Translations under genes and position numbers: made by a program
Shown: positions 52,501 to 64,000 of the stretch, one piece after another
Numbering within the stretch: the stretch's first letter is position 1
Layout of the letters: each line of letters opens with the position of its first letter
The notes under the pieces: model-generated
The model's input: only the letters and a program-made list of their open reading frames with translations
Told to the model about the DNA's origin: nothing
The model's database searches: none
Assembly (NCBI GenBank): GCA_964187785.1
Contig: OZ076409.1
Coordinates: 54,500,001 to 54,564,000, forward strand
Origin: Amphiscolops sp. MND2022
Lineage: Eukaryota
DNA: 64,000 nucleotides
Direction of reading: 5' to 3'

Positions 52501-53204
52501 AATTGACTCACAAAGACCTTGGACTTATTATTAGCAGCAACATATCGAAAAGGCAGTAACCGAAGCAAACAATGTTTTATTTATGCTTAAACGGAATTCT
52601 AACGTTCCAGTCTACACCAAGTTAAATCTATACAAAAATATGGTTCTTCCAATTTTACCCTACGCTTCTCCTTGTATTGATCTGAATGTCGAATGCATGA
52701 AAATGCTCGAATCAGTACAAAAAAGACTTTACCTCGATTATCGACAAGCACTGATAACATTCAACGTTCTGCCTTTGCCATACTACTTTCAGTTATTAGA
52801 TTTGATCACCTTCTCTGAAGCCCTGAACAAGTTTTATGATGCCGACTTAACTGAACATTTTTCGACAAACTCTCAACACTGCTCAACCCGGTTTGTAACT
52901 TCAAATACGTTTCAGAAGAACAAAAGACCCTGGAAGAAATGTGCACAAAAGTTCTGGTTTCGAACTGCTAGATTGGCAAACCTATGTCCACCCTCTGTCA
53001 ATATCAGATGTTTTGCTGGCTTGAAACACCGCTTACTGAAATGTCTCTGGGACATATTCAGTCGAAGCTACCAAGAACAAATAACATGTACATGGCGGGC
53101 ACATTTACTTATGAATTATGAAGAAATTCTGACTGATCTCTGAGGGGAAACCCCTTGTGGGTGAAAAACTCACTAAATTCATATTAACAATTATAATAAT
53201 AATT
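49560..53204 (+). mobile_element. Decayed near-full-length CR1/Jockey-group LINE (ORF1 + APE-RT ORF2)
   Basis: ORF1: IRVSGIPE, RLGK...RPRTLLVKF. APE: SETWL, SLYKPP. RT: KSRGPD, NYRPISL, QNGFRK, YTDFEK, SGVPQG, NADDAK. (TAA)n-like tail at ~53183-53204. Many frameshifts; 5' boundary approximate. Confidence 0.92.
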
Positions 53205-53858
53205 GGTAAGGAGTAACTGGAACAAAGTAATCGAATCAGATTGAAATTTCATGAAGTACGACGTTGCACATCGTTTGTTTCCGCCAAAGGAAAAGGTTAA
53301 AACTTGCAACCAGTCTTTGGAAATGAATCTTCTGACCAAAATTGCGAAAATTTTGTCAGTGGGGATCAGTCGAAATGACTTGCATAAGTTGATTCTATCG
53401 AGTTCAAAATTGGAAAAAATAGGATCAAAAAAATATTGAATTTAACCCTCTTCTGCACATGTTACATAAATGTAACGTACCGATGAAATTCAAATTTCTC
53501 AGCGAGAGAACAAGCTATTACATTCGTTCAAAGATGATTGAATTCAAATTCGTTCGCGCAGCTGCAGGCCGCAATTTGATTGGCTGCGACTAATTCAACC
53601 AATCGTAATATCCAAAATTTGCAAAATCAAGTGACCGACTACAACTTTGAATGAGTGGAGCCAACAAACAGTGGAGCTACAGCTAAAACAAATTTACATG
53701 TACGAACACAGAAATTCGTACGAACAGAACATTCTATAACAATTCTTACTCAACTAAATAAATTTAACAGTGATTGCTTCCACCTAGCTCATTCGTTCTC
53801 AGACTATACGTTACATTTATGTAACAGTGTGCAAATTGACGTATTTTTAAGACCTGGA

Positions 53859-56090
53859 ATGTTCGATATTATTGTGAAATGGCAGGACAATTCAGTCAAT
53901 TTATGCAGTCTTACCGACTTTTGGCTTACGAAACCCGTTCTTGTTACCATCAGAAGGGGCAGTACGACCGAAGAAACGGCCAGAATAACAAAAATTATCA
54001 ATAAAACTACGGTTGAAATTACTCGGAGAAGTGGTGACAGAAGTATCACGGATATCTCCGATCTTTCTTGGGTTAACCGCAACGAATTTACAGGTGTCAA
54101 ACTACAATGGGCTGCAGATAGTAGCTGGCATGGAGAAATTCTCGCAATGCTCGAAGAGAAGCAGAAATTCAACCCAAAGAAACACCTTCAATGTATAGTA
54201 GAGGAGAAAGGTGACTCTTCAGAAAAAGAGAGCAGTGATGAAGACTCTAATAGCCAATCCAACTCGGACGATTCAGAATTGCTATCTTCTGAAGATGAAG
54301 AGCCTCTCACGAAAATTGCCCAAGCTCTACCCCCTTAGTGCGCGAATATTGCGGCTTTTTTTAAAGTCTGTGCTGAACATGCTAAAGACGACGTGGAAAC
54401 GAGAATCGCTAAACTTAACCAGGATTTTGAACATCATAAAGATGCCTTTATCTAACATCCAATGAACACAAATTTGCCGAGTCAAGAAAAAACAAGTCTT
54501 AAATTTCAGTGCAAACAAAAAGGCTGTAATTGCAGCAGCGAGCAGGATTTTGATTTGTATATGGTCACGATGGAATCTGAAAAACTATCGTTGTTACATA
54601 TCTTTAAACCTGGATCTCATTACGTCACCTATTTCGTCGACTTCATGCAAAAGGAGCATACAATTTATAAGATACTGAAAAAAAATACGCAATTCATCGT
54701 CGTATGGTGTTGTTCTCGCCAGATCAACTGCAACGAGAGACGCAGACAGGTACAGTTTAACTGGAGCGATGAACACAAAGACTATTGAAATAGATGACAA
54801 CATCTGGCAGCAACATGAAATCGAGAAATATCGCGAGGATTCTGCAATTAGTAAGAAATGTTGGCAATGCATCAAATTTTATTTCGAAGTGGCTGGACGC
54901 CGCCCCGCTACCTGGAAATTATTATTGGCAAACTGCCATCGCGGGGCACTTACAGCAGCTTGTGATGAAAATGTGAAAAATCTTGGTTATGAAGATGATA
55001 GCCAAACTTGCAGTCAGTTGGGAAATTTCAAAAAACGCGTTCGCGAATGTTTTAGAGCTCAAATCAGAAAGCAGTTACAGGCATTCTTTATAGGCGGTTA
55101 AGAAACCGAAAATTTACTGGGTTACGGGGAGAATGTTGACTTGTATGTGTACTACAATTTCAAAAAACAGGAAGTGGTTTTCATAAGCGATTTTATACAT
55201 CGGGAGATTGTGATATATCTAAATTCGAGAGAAATGATGTCAACTTTTGATGGCGACAGGTATGCTGTAGTGTACCATCATCTCCAATCGTTCAAAGGCT
55301 ACGAGACGGTGTTGGGGACACTTTACGAGGTAGTGATGAAGCAGCGCAAATATCTTCACTCTTACGAAATTCTTCAAAAAGGACCTGAAGGAAAAAAGGT
55401 TCAAGTCTTTCAAACCTGATCCCAAGCAGAAAAAAAGGACAATCGAAGTTAATTATTCTTGGAACAAATTTGCGCCACATACAGAACAACTCAATCGCCA
55501 GAATAGTAATGGGTCTGCTGCTGGTTCGCCTGCGACTTCTAGCAGCCCTGATAGGATTCAGGTGACCCCCACCACACTCCAATATGTGAGAGATGACTTA
55601 ATTCATCTTCGTCCGGTTCCGGAGGGGGATACTGGGTTTCCCGAAAATGATTCACATAATATTTTTTGCTTTCCGGGCAATATGGAAGCTTTCGACGCTG
55701 TATCGCTGATACATGAATCGGCTGACAAGCTTCACGTTACTTTTATTAATTTTACAACGGCCAAGGACCACAAAAGTATCGACGCAAACCTATTTACAAA
55801 AGGAGTGGAGAAGATATGTAAGGAATATCAGTCTCTTGCAGATCAGCTAGGCTTAACACGGGACCAAAAAGAAAGGACCAAAACCTTTATGTATAATTTT
55901 TGTTTTGCGATTCCGAACATACTTTCTTCAAGAGGCGAAAAGCTCTCAAAATCATCAACTGTACTGGTCACCAGGATTATCTCCAGATATTGTGATTTAT
56001 GTGGACAGAGTCAGGAACAACTATATTTTTAGTGGACGAGACAATTCGGGGTTGTTTGACTCGCAACTCTCCTTTATTCCAAAACAATAA
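53859..56090 (+). pseudogene. Fragmented cargo gene in the piggyBac: unknown N-terminal module + putative Crinkler/RHS-type NTPase and PD-(D/E)xK nuclease
   Basis: Consecutive plus-strand ORFs at 53655, 54462, 54769, 55141 and 55562. Motif order LPSQEKT, TYFVD, IVVWCCS, W..HEI, VAGRRP, FISDFI, GTLYE, PGNMEAFDAV, FINFTTAKDH. Confidence 0.5.
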
Positions 56091-56735
56091 CAAATCTACT
56101 GAACCTTGAAAACCTTAAAAACCTTGCATTTGAAGAATTAACCTTGAAAACCTTGAATTTTAAAAATTATGTTCGATTTTTTTGCTTTGAACATTAAAAT
56201 AGTGGCAACACTAAATTTTGAACACATTTTGAAAAAAGGCTACCATTTTTTGGTTTTTCTTGGTTCAATTTATGTTGTGATTGTTTCATCCGTTAATTTT
56301 ATTTTGTCCGCTTTGTTTTGTATTGAGCTTATTCAGGCACGTATTCATTTTGCTTTGAACATTAAAATAGTGGCAACACTAAATTTTGAACACATTTTGA
56401 AAAAAGGCTACCATTTTTTGGTTTTTCTTGGTTCAATTTATGTTGTGATTAAATGTTTCATCCGTTAATTTTATTGTTTTGTCCGCTTTGTTTTGTATTG
56501 AGCTTATACAGGCACGTATTCATTTTGCTTTGAACATTAAAATAGTGGCAACACTAAATTTTGAACACATTTTGAAAAAGGCTACCATTTTTTGGTTTTT
56601 CTTGATTCAATTTATGTTGTGATTAAATGTTTCATCCGTTAATTTTGTTTTGTCCGCTTTGTTTAACAATAACAAATCTACTGAACCTTGAAAACCTTAA
56701 AAACCCCTTGCATTTGGAGAACTAACCTTGAAAAG
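56082..56735. repeat. Three ~170-bp tandem repeats bracketed by ~70-bp direct repeats
   Basis: ttttgctttgaacattaaaatagtggc at ~56179, 56348 and 56523; aacaataacaaatctactgaaccttgaaaacc at ~56082 and 56665. Confidence 0.9.
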
Positions 56736-57127
56736 CGAGGCCGCCATCCAAGAATTGTTTTGTAGGAAAAATCAGGAATTTTTCCATCAATTATGGCAGC
56801 GGTTGTAATCAATACTGGCCCTGGCGGTCCTTAATTCTGGACTGAATCAATGCTTTAGGCATTGAAAAAGTGCACCATATATTGTAGAGCAATTTTTTAC
56901 TACCAAAAGTTTCCAGCAATTCAGCACAATAATGCCTGAGAAAAGTCGTTCCACAGCCCTGTTTTGATACAGGCTATTGGGGACTGAAACTTTTTCTAGT
57001 GGTCGTAGAGGGGCCAAAATCACACCACGTGAGCTGTACTTACGCCTACAATTGTGTCAGTGAGGATGGAGTCTACCAGGCTCTCGCCCTTGGCCATGTG
57101 AACACGAGCATTTGATGAAAAAAAAAT

Positions 57128-57341
57128 AGAGGACCAGCAAAACCACTACCATCTAAAGAACAGAGGACCGACAATGTTTCTCATTGGCCAAAGTTTTATG
57201 AGAAAAGAGGACGTTGCAAAAGCCCACTTTGTGGCAAAATCACAGGCTCGGAGGGCAATACTTTCGTTGGGTGCGAAAAATGTGATGTCCACCTGTTTCA
57301 CGTCTAACAAAAATTGTTTCAAACAATTTCATGAAAACTAG
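57128..57341 (+). pseudogene. piggyBac transposase C-terminal cysteine-rich domain remnant
   Basis: RGPAKPLPSKEQRTDNVSHWPKFYEKRGRCKSPLCG...VGCEKCDVHL/fs/FTSNKNCFKQFHEN*. Confidence 0.85.
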
Positions 57342-58237
57342 CTTTCAAATTTGTAAATTTCGAAGTTTCAACGTTTTACTACAAATTTCCAATTGAAAGT
57401 TGCAAACATAATTTCTACGTGTTTATGCTCAGTGGTACATTTTTGTAACAAAACAAGATCATGAACGCTGGAAGTTTTGTTCTCCAAGGAAGTTCATTTT
57501 CTGACAAAGTGGGCAATTTTGGCTTGTGAAATCATAAATTTTGTTTCTACCACAATAAGATCAATGTGTGTGCAGAAGAGGGTTAATGAAATTAATTTCA
57601 GGGTGAAGGGTATGTAAATAAATGTCTATTTGTTAGTTGTTCGAGTAGTAGTCCTTAGAAGCTGTCAGGATCGTATGGCAATGCTGAACGTAATGAACGA
57701 AATCAAATTGAAAACTTTGGCAAAAGTAGAATTTTGTTAAAGCTAATAATGCATGAATTTTCCAAAAATTAGTCATTTTTTGGGCAGAGTCTCGTAAATG
57801 ATTAGACAGCTAATTGCACGTACTTTCAATGTTCGGACACAAAATTACACTGGCCTCCTGATCGGGTCAACTTGAGAAGTAGCTATATTTCAAAAACTCG
57901 AAGTTGTTTTTGTCTTCAATTTTTCTTATTTTTCTTAGCTCTTAAGTAGCTATATTTCAAAAACTCGCGAAGTAGTAATAGTCTTCAATTTTTCATATTC
58001 ATTGACATTGAGGCACCCCAGGCAGCTTTCTGAACATCACTACAGGTCGAAATAAGTCATCTCGTAGAACGTAATAAGATATAATTCAGGGGATCTAATC
58101 CCTTAGATTAACATGCTCAACGCTCAAAAAGAACCTCTTAAAAAGGAATCTAAAACCTACATAGAAAAAATATTTAAATAGGATCTAAGCGAAAATATCC
58201 GAAATTGATTTCTGAATGCTTTTTTTTTCAGCTTATC

Positions 58238-58495
58238 ATGCCAAATTATACAATAATAGAGGGGTAAACGGAAAGGTTCCACGAACTATGTATTAAGGTT
58301 TTATTTGAACTAAAAATGCTGATGTTGTGAAAACCCGGTTTCGATGTCATCTTTGGACGAAGGGTTGTGGTGGGACTGCCCTTATTATTGATGATACCGT
58401 GACTATCATGAAAAAAATTGCACACGACCCAGAAGTATCAGGGGTGCAGGAAGAGCTTATATTATGTCCAAGGGCATTTAATAACAGGCAGACTA
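58238..58495 (+). pseudogene. FLYWCH/WRKY-like zinc-finger fragment of a Mutator-type transposase
   Basis: GKRKGSTNY...TRFRCHLWTKGCGGTALI...H; contains stops. Confidence 0.5.
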
Positions 58496-58669
58496 CAGTG
58501 GAATCCGGCTAATTGGTATCGCTAGGGACCGAATAAAATAGTACGAATAATGAGAAATACGAATTAACCGGATGATATTACTTTGGTCGTCCAGAAATAG
58601 GGATCACAGATGCGTACGAATTAAACGAAGATCCGAATTATCCGGGTACGAATTAACCGGAGTTGACTG
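58496..58669. mobile_element. pogo/Tigger-type MITE, second copy
   Basis: TA|cagtggaatccggctaattggtatc ... tacgaattaaccggagttgactg; homologous to 43788-43952. Confidence 0.7.
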
Positions 58670-59290
58670 CATATGTTTTTTTTAATCGATGGCAATCCAA
58701 CAATTTCCAGATACCCTTCCAACTTTGCATCCATCTTTTTCAAAAGGAGTTGAGCCATTTTAATTGTTTCTTGGTCCCAAAGATGGGACGTTTGGATCGA
58801 AATGCTGCAATTAGAGGATTGTTTAAAAATTACTTTTTGCTCGTCAAGAAAACGCGTTGCCATAAAAACAATTCATTGGCAACAACACAACAAGCATCAA
58901 CAGTTGGTTCTAAAAAGTACACGTTTCTGGAAAAAAAAATGTCGTTGGCCAGTGTCATTAGATTTTCGTGGGAATAGCTTGGCTGAGACAAAAATTTGCT
59001 ACTTTTGAAGAAAGATGCAAGATCAATGCAAGCAGCGAAATGGGGCTCACCTATAAAATAAAGACACAATTAATATATTTTCACACTTAGTTTTCGTTCA
59101 ATATGCATAAAGAATGTTTTTAGTCTTCGCACTACGACAACTAGGCCCACTAGTAAACAACTAGATTTTCGATAACGCGTATTATCTCCGGTGGAATTGA
59201 TTTGGTAATCACGGAATGATTTGAAAAAACTTCATTGAAAAGGATAACAGTGGCTCTTTATTTAAAACATAACGCCGACAAAACACTTAC

Positions 59291-59733
59291 GCATTGTGTG
59301 GAACTTTCATTCTGATTTTCTTTATCATCCGCACTATCTTTCTGCTGATTTTGCTGCTTCAATGTATTGATCCATTCATCAATGAGCACATTTCGATCTT
59401 TTTTGAGTTTCAGCGCTACCAGAGCTCCAAGGGATTTTCCTGGCCCATGAAAGCCCATGCCTGAATGAGGCACCCAATCGCAATTGATTTCATGACTAGG
59501 TGACATCTGCCAAATGGGGGAACTAGGCACTGTTTTACAAGTTCGGGAAATTTTGACAGGCTTGATGTAGTCTGTTGAGATGGAGCTTGTGGGTTTGCGC
59601 ATACCAGTTGAAGGTAACTGGCTATTTTTCACAGATGAGCATGCCAATAAGTTTTGTTCTTCAGCAACATCGCAAGAGTCGAGTTTATGCTTCAGGCATA
59701 CCGTGACGGAAGTTCCAGATCCTTCCATTGCTT
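59291..59733 (-). CDS. Probable upstream RNF8-like exon (low-complexity linker)
   Basis: Open 443 nt with acceptor aattgcAG and strong phase-0 donor TGC|GTAAGT, compatible with exon 48589. No diagnostic domain. Confidence 0.45.
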
Positions 59734-60807
59734 CTGCAATTCGCCAGAGAAATCTTAAAAGTCAATCAAACCGAGATTAACCTGCAAGTCATTAAATCCT
59801 GGTCATTGCCAAGGTGGATTGATTAAGTATAGTTGAATGCTCCGAAACGGAACAATGTGCTGCCAATTCACAATTGAATACCAGCCACGAAATCCGTTGT
59901 CCACGAGGGAGCGCTATCATGAACTCGGCAAGCCTTCGTGCGCAACAACTCCTAGAATCAACCCTTTTTCTCTGGACGGTCAATAAAATTGAAATACGAA
60001 GACCTATTTTATAAATCATCCTCCATTTACCGATGCTTTCAGAATTTGTTTTGATGGGACCGTTACTGGCAGTGTAAGGCGGCTCTGCAGTTTGAAGCGT
60101 TTCGACACCTGATCTTTTACCTTTTAATTTTTTTCATCACTCGTCTCTACCGACACGCCCACGTACTATGGGAACATACAAACGATTCAACACAATAATT
60201 TGCAGTTTCATTACGCACGGTACTGTTTTCATTTGCTTCAAAAAACATCCAGACATTTCAAAATTAACGTTTGGAGAATCTATGAGCAAATTTTTGCAGA
60301 ATTCTCAACGATTGGAATTACAAGAGTCCGTAGTTCAAGAGTCAAGAGTCTTCATTTTTCACAGACCTCTAAACTCAATTATGGCATGTAGTGTTTGGCT
60401 TCTGGAATCTGAAGTTATAACATCGGCATCAAATACGGGCTTTCCAAAAATCAATGGTAATTTTTCCCGAAATTTTAGTAAAATTGACATCAAAGAATTT
60501 TTCTGGACATTTTTGGCTGATTTTAACGGTGCCTATTCATACAGCCGAATTTACAAAATAGGTCTCAAACATAAAAAAAAGAATTGGCTTCCAATTAAAT
60601 GCAATTAAAATTGACAAATATTTTTGATTGGGCTGTTCCCCAATGATCAATTATTTGATTAGCGACTACCCAGTATTTGAAATAATTGACTTTTACAAAA
60701 AACTCCATGTTTTCCCTGCTTTCCAGGTTGAAATGAGAGAGAAACAGTAAATTACGTCATTATGACAGATTAAAAACAGTAATTTATGTAATGAGATAAA
60801 AAATGAT

Positions 60808-61575
60808 CTAAATAAAATAAAATAAAAGCATCAAGACCCAGAGGAAATAACTATAATCACATCAAGAGAGACAAAAGGAGTCCATATAACTATATCATCG
60901 GCATTAAACTGTACGAGTTGAACCAGAGTTTTAATTCTTTCCATTGGGGGGGGGTATTCGGGGGAAAGCTGTACATGTGGTCGGGTGTAACAGTGATAAG
61001 TTGTCACCACATAGTTTGCATATGCAGGTAGGGGGGTTTGGCACTCTTTCTGTGGGTTTTGGTTGACGAAAACATTTGGTGGTACAGCATAATTTGTTGT
61101 GAAGAGCGTCTGAGTATAATAAGCCGATTAATTTTCTTGTACCGATTGGGGCAGTTTCAATACTCAGTGGGTTAGAATTCTCAATTAGGTCCGTCAGATG
61201 ATGATTACTCGTATAAATAGGGAGGCTTGCCCAGTATTTGTAGAAAGTACCGCGAATTTTATAGGACTGATCGGATAGTTCGCCATTAATGGTCCAGTTA
61301 GGGTTAAAGCAGTCGAGTCCGTAAAATCCAATGGGGATAAAAACGGATTTGAGCAGACGAGAGGCTGATTCGAAGTCAAATTTTCTTATCGGTGTTGTCT
61401 TAATCAAAGCCCCAATATTCTTCCTGACGTTTTTGATGTTTCGCTCTAACTGGGGATGCGGACTGAGTCTGGTTGAAAGAGCAAGACCTTGGTAGATGAA
61501 GCATTTCGTATAACTTAGGGTGATATTTCTGTAAAAGAAGTCTATCTGTCTGTTGGGGGCAGGGACATTTCCTCA
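60808..61575 (-). mobile_element. 3' fragment of a LINE (RT thumb + Cys/His C-terminus)
   Basis: CFIYQGLALSTRLS...ASRLLKSVFIPIGFYGL...TFYKYWASLPIYTSN...CICKLCG; (TTTTA)n tail at ~60810-60827. Confidence 0.7.
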
Positions 61576-61635
61576 CCAGTCATTTGGGCGACAATATGGC
61601 GTCGGTCACATGGGCGACAAAAGTGTCGACCAAAT

Positions 61636-62190
61636 GGTTACCAGTCACTTGGCTTAATACCATTTGGCTTAATTTTTTTGTCGAGTCATTTGGCTTAAAA
61701 ATTTCAAGCCAAGTGACCACAAAATCAAGCCAACTCCATACCAACTTAAGGAATAAATATGACAACTCCCGGATATATCATAAGCTGGGGCATATGCGGT
61801 GTATGCACGCTCGCCCTCACTGTCGCAAAGACCAGCTCCCACTACGATCGCTTCGCGATCTTCGTCCCCGCTAGGTCTTTGCTCCTGTTCGACCTCGCTT
61901 AGCAAGATGGGAATAAAAGCGGCCCCAAGGGGCCGCAGGGCACTAGAGGAAATGGGGACATATCCGAGGATTCCTTGATGACATGTTATAATAATACGCT
62001 GACTACGTTATAAAGATAAATTCGACAAAATCTGCCACGTGTTTTCAACTAAGTGGTTTTGAGTCAAATGACTTTAAGCCAAGTGACCAATACCCGAGAC
62101 ACTTAGCTTAAAAAAATTAAGCCAAGTGACCAATTGTATTAGGCCAAATGACTTTAAGCCAAATGGCATTAAGCCAAGTGACCAATTACC
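61636..62190. mobile_element. Foldback MITE with modular TIRs (cayttggcttaa units)
   Basis: ggttaccagtcacttggcttaataccatttggcttaa is inverted to ttaagccaaatggcattaagccaagtgaccaattacc; no TSD found. Confidence 0.7.
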
Positions 62191-62196
62191 TTTCAG

Positions 62197-64000
62197 AATT
62201 GCTATGGTGACCGCGGAGGAGTTGAGCATTTACTTTGAGATTACAATCCCGAGTTCACTTCGGATGAATCAGAGGAATCGAATGACGAGAGATGCCAACC
62301 TTGTGAAATTCAATTGGAGGACCCACAGCCGTTGAGAGATATACAAAACGGAGATGCAGGTCATTTCGCCTAATGCCATTTCGCCTAAAAATTTAGTTGA
62401 GTCATTTCGCCTAAAAAAATTAGGCGAAATGACCAAACGGGAATAACGTCTAAATAATCATGTTTCGAAAAAGGCTTTCTGAAAGCGAAAATATCAAAAT
62501 GTGGGGCATATGCGGTGTATGCACACTCGCCCTCACCGTCGCAAAGACCAGCTCCCACTACGATCGCTTCGCGATCTCCGTTCCCGCTAGGTCTTTGCTC
62601 CTGTTCGACCTCGCTTAGCAAGATGGAACATAAGCGGCCCCAAGGGGCCGCGGGGCACTAGAAGGAATGGGACATATCCGAGGCACGTTTTCTATTTTAT
62701 ATCACTTTTTAGTTTTAGATCTTAAACGATTTATTTGTTTTCCAATTTCATGTGTTTTTCACGTTTCTGAAAAAAAATTAGGCGAAGTGACCAAAGTAAA
62801 AGACGTTTCGCCTAAAAAAATTAGGCGAAGTGACCAAACACGTTAGGCGAAATGACTTTAGGCGAAATGGCATTAGGCGAAATGACCATTTCCCCAAAAC
62901 GGAGAGATTACATTTGAGCTCTTGAAAAACGGATCAACGCGTGGGAGCGATTTGTTGCAATCGTCAGATGGACATGAATTTAATTGCATGCGCTGTCGAA
63001 ACGGCAAACCATATTTTCGATGCACTTCTCGGAAGACTGGTTGTGGTGTTTGTGTTTTGTTCAAGAATGGGATATACACGGGTAATGCCAAGATTCACAA
63101 TCATGCCTCTAGCAATGGGAAAAGGAAGAAGCGAATGCTGTACGCACCCGGTAAAGCAAAGGGAAAAGAAAATTTATTTTCATCTGCCAGTTCAATCGCA
63201 CAGTTGTTACTTGTGCAAGAATATAAAAATTCATCACATCCCGACAAACCATCGGTCAATGCCATATCTAATGCAATTATTCATGCACGAAAATCCTTAC
63301 GCCCCGACGATTCAGTTGATCTGGAGTTTGAAATAGACGAAACGCTTCAACAATTTCTAAAGGCTGATATTAGGATGCAATAACGTCGCCATTTGATTTT
63401 TGCAACCGATAAACAATTGGAATATCTTGAAAAGGCAAAGATTTATTACGTTGACGCAACTTTAAGAATAGTTAAACCTCCTTTCACTAAACTGTGGAGT
63501 ATTCATGCGTACATTGAATATGGAACAACCATGAAGCAAGTCCCTTTATCATTCGTCCTTATGTCAGGAAAAAGCAAAGCGGATTATGTTGTTGTTTTGC
63601 GAACTTTTTAAAAAATTGTTCCATCAGTGGCTCCTGAGCGGTTCGTCATTGACTTCGAAGCTGCAATGTGGCTGGCCGCACGTGAAGTATTTGACGTTGA
63701 CATTAAAGGGTGTGCTTTTCATCATACACAAGCCGTTATGAGATGGATTCAGAAAATTGGTTTGTCCACACGGTACTTATCGGATGAAGGCCCCTACATT
63801 ATCTGTCGCAAACTAATGTCCTTAATTTATCTGCCACTTGCGGCTGTTCAAGCAGAAAATGATCAGTTATGTTGTCATGTCCCCGAAGACGACAAAGAGT
63901 TGTTGAACCTGTTTGATTATTACAAAACTACCTGATTGTTACATGGCATATGGCGAATGAAAGATGTGAATATGTTTGGCTGTCCTATACGCACCAACAA
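62197..64000 (+). pseudogene. Mutator (MULE) transposase relic, interrupted by a MITE; runs off the window
   Basis: YFRCTSRKTGC...HNH finger; LIFATDKQL...YYVDAT; VPLSFVLM; VIDFEAA...GCAFHHTQAV; IRTN at the window end. Stops near 63381, 63609 and 63933. Confidence 0.9.
62353..62894. mobile_element. Foldback MITE with modular TIRs (catttcgcctaa units), 9-11-bp TSD
   Basis: caaaacgga at 62344-62352 and 62895-62903; arms ggtcatttcgcctaatgccatttcgcctaa are inverted. Confidence 0.85.

Larger units (their letters stand above)
53446..57582 (+). mobile_element. piggyBac-superfamily element, 4137 bp, non-autonomous, with cargo
   Basis: TTAA|CCCTCTTCTGCACA ... TGTGCAGAAGAGGG|TTAA (14-bp perfect TIR). 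Asymmetric subterminal IR tgttacataaatgtaac / ggtacatttttgtaaca (~57434-57450). Confidence 0.92.

Noticed and set aside
60031..60108. Further upstream RNF8 exon
   Set aside because: The phase fits, but the acceptor is purine-rich and no FHA similarity was seen.
62191..62340. Continuation of the minus-strand LINE beyond the MITE
   Set aside because: Better explained as the plus-strand N-terminal part of the MULE transposase.

Overview
AT-rich, repeat-dense eukaryotic DNA, most likely an invertebrate animal; the species cannot be identified from the sequence alone. Two spliced genes are interleaved. (1) A minus-strand RNF8-like E3 ligase with exons at 48350-48589, 26287-26500, 24878-25331, 13258-13511 and 8297-8334, plus a probable upstream exon at 59291-59733. 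The 5' FHA part was not found in the window. The RING is followed by a ~250-aa Ser/Gly-rich tail ending in a CCHC zinc knuckle. (2) A plus-strand GPR157-like 7TM receptor (~27984-44938) nested in the 21.8-kb RNF8 intron that splits the RING. The rest is mostly mobile DNA: at least three families of Helentron-type non-autonomous elements (HINE/DINE-1-like), one apparently hosting a ~103-bp satellite array with a 1438-bp higher-order duplication; a Penelope-like 3' fragment with a minimal hammerhead ribozyme next to a 2396-bp tandem duplication; decayed CR1-type and other LINEs; DD37E and Mutator transposase relics; and many MITEs. The most unusual object is a TTAA-flanked piggyBac element (53446-57582) that keeps only the Cys-rich tail of its transposase but carries a decayed cargo gene with the motif order of Crinkler/RHS NTPase + restriction-endonuclease proteins. 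All family assignments come from reading motifs by eye; no database search was run.
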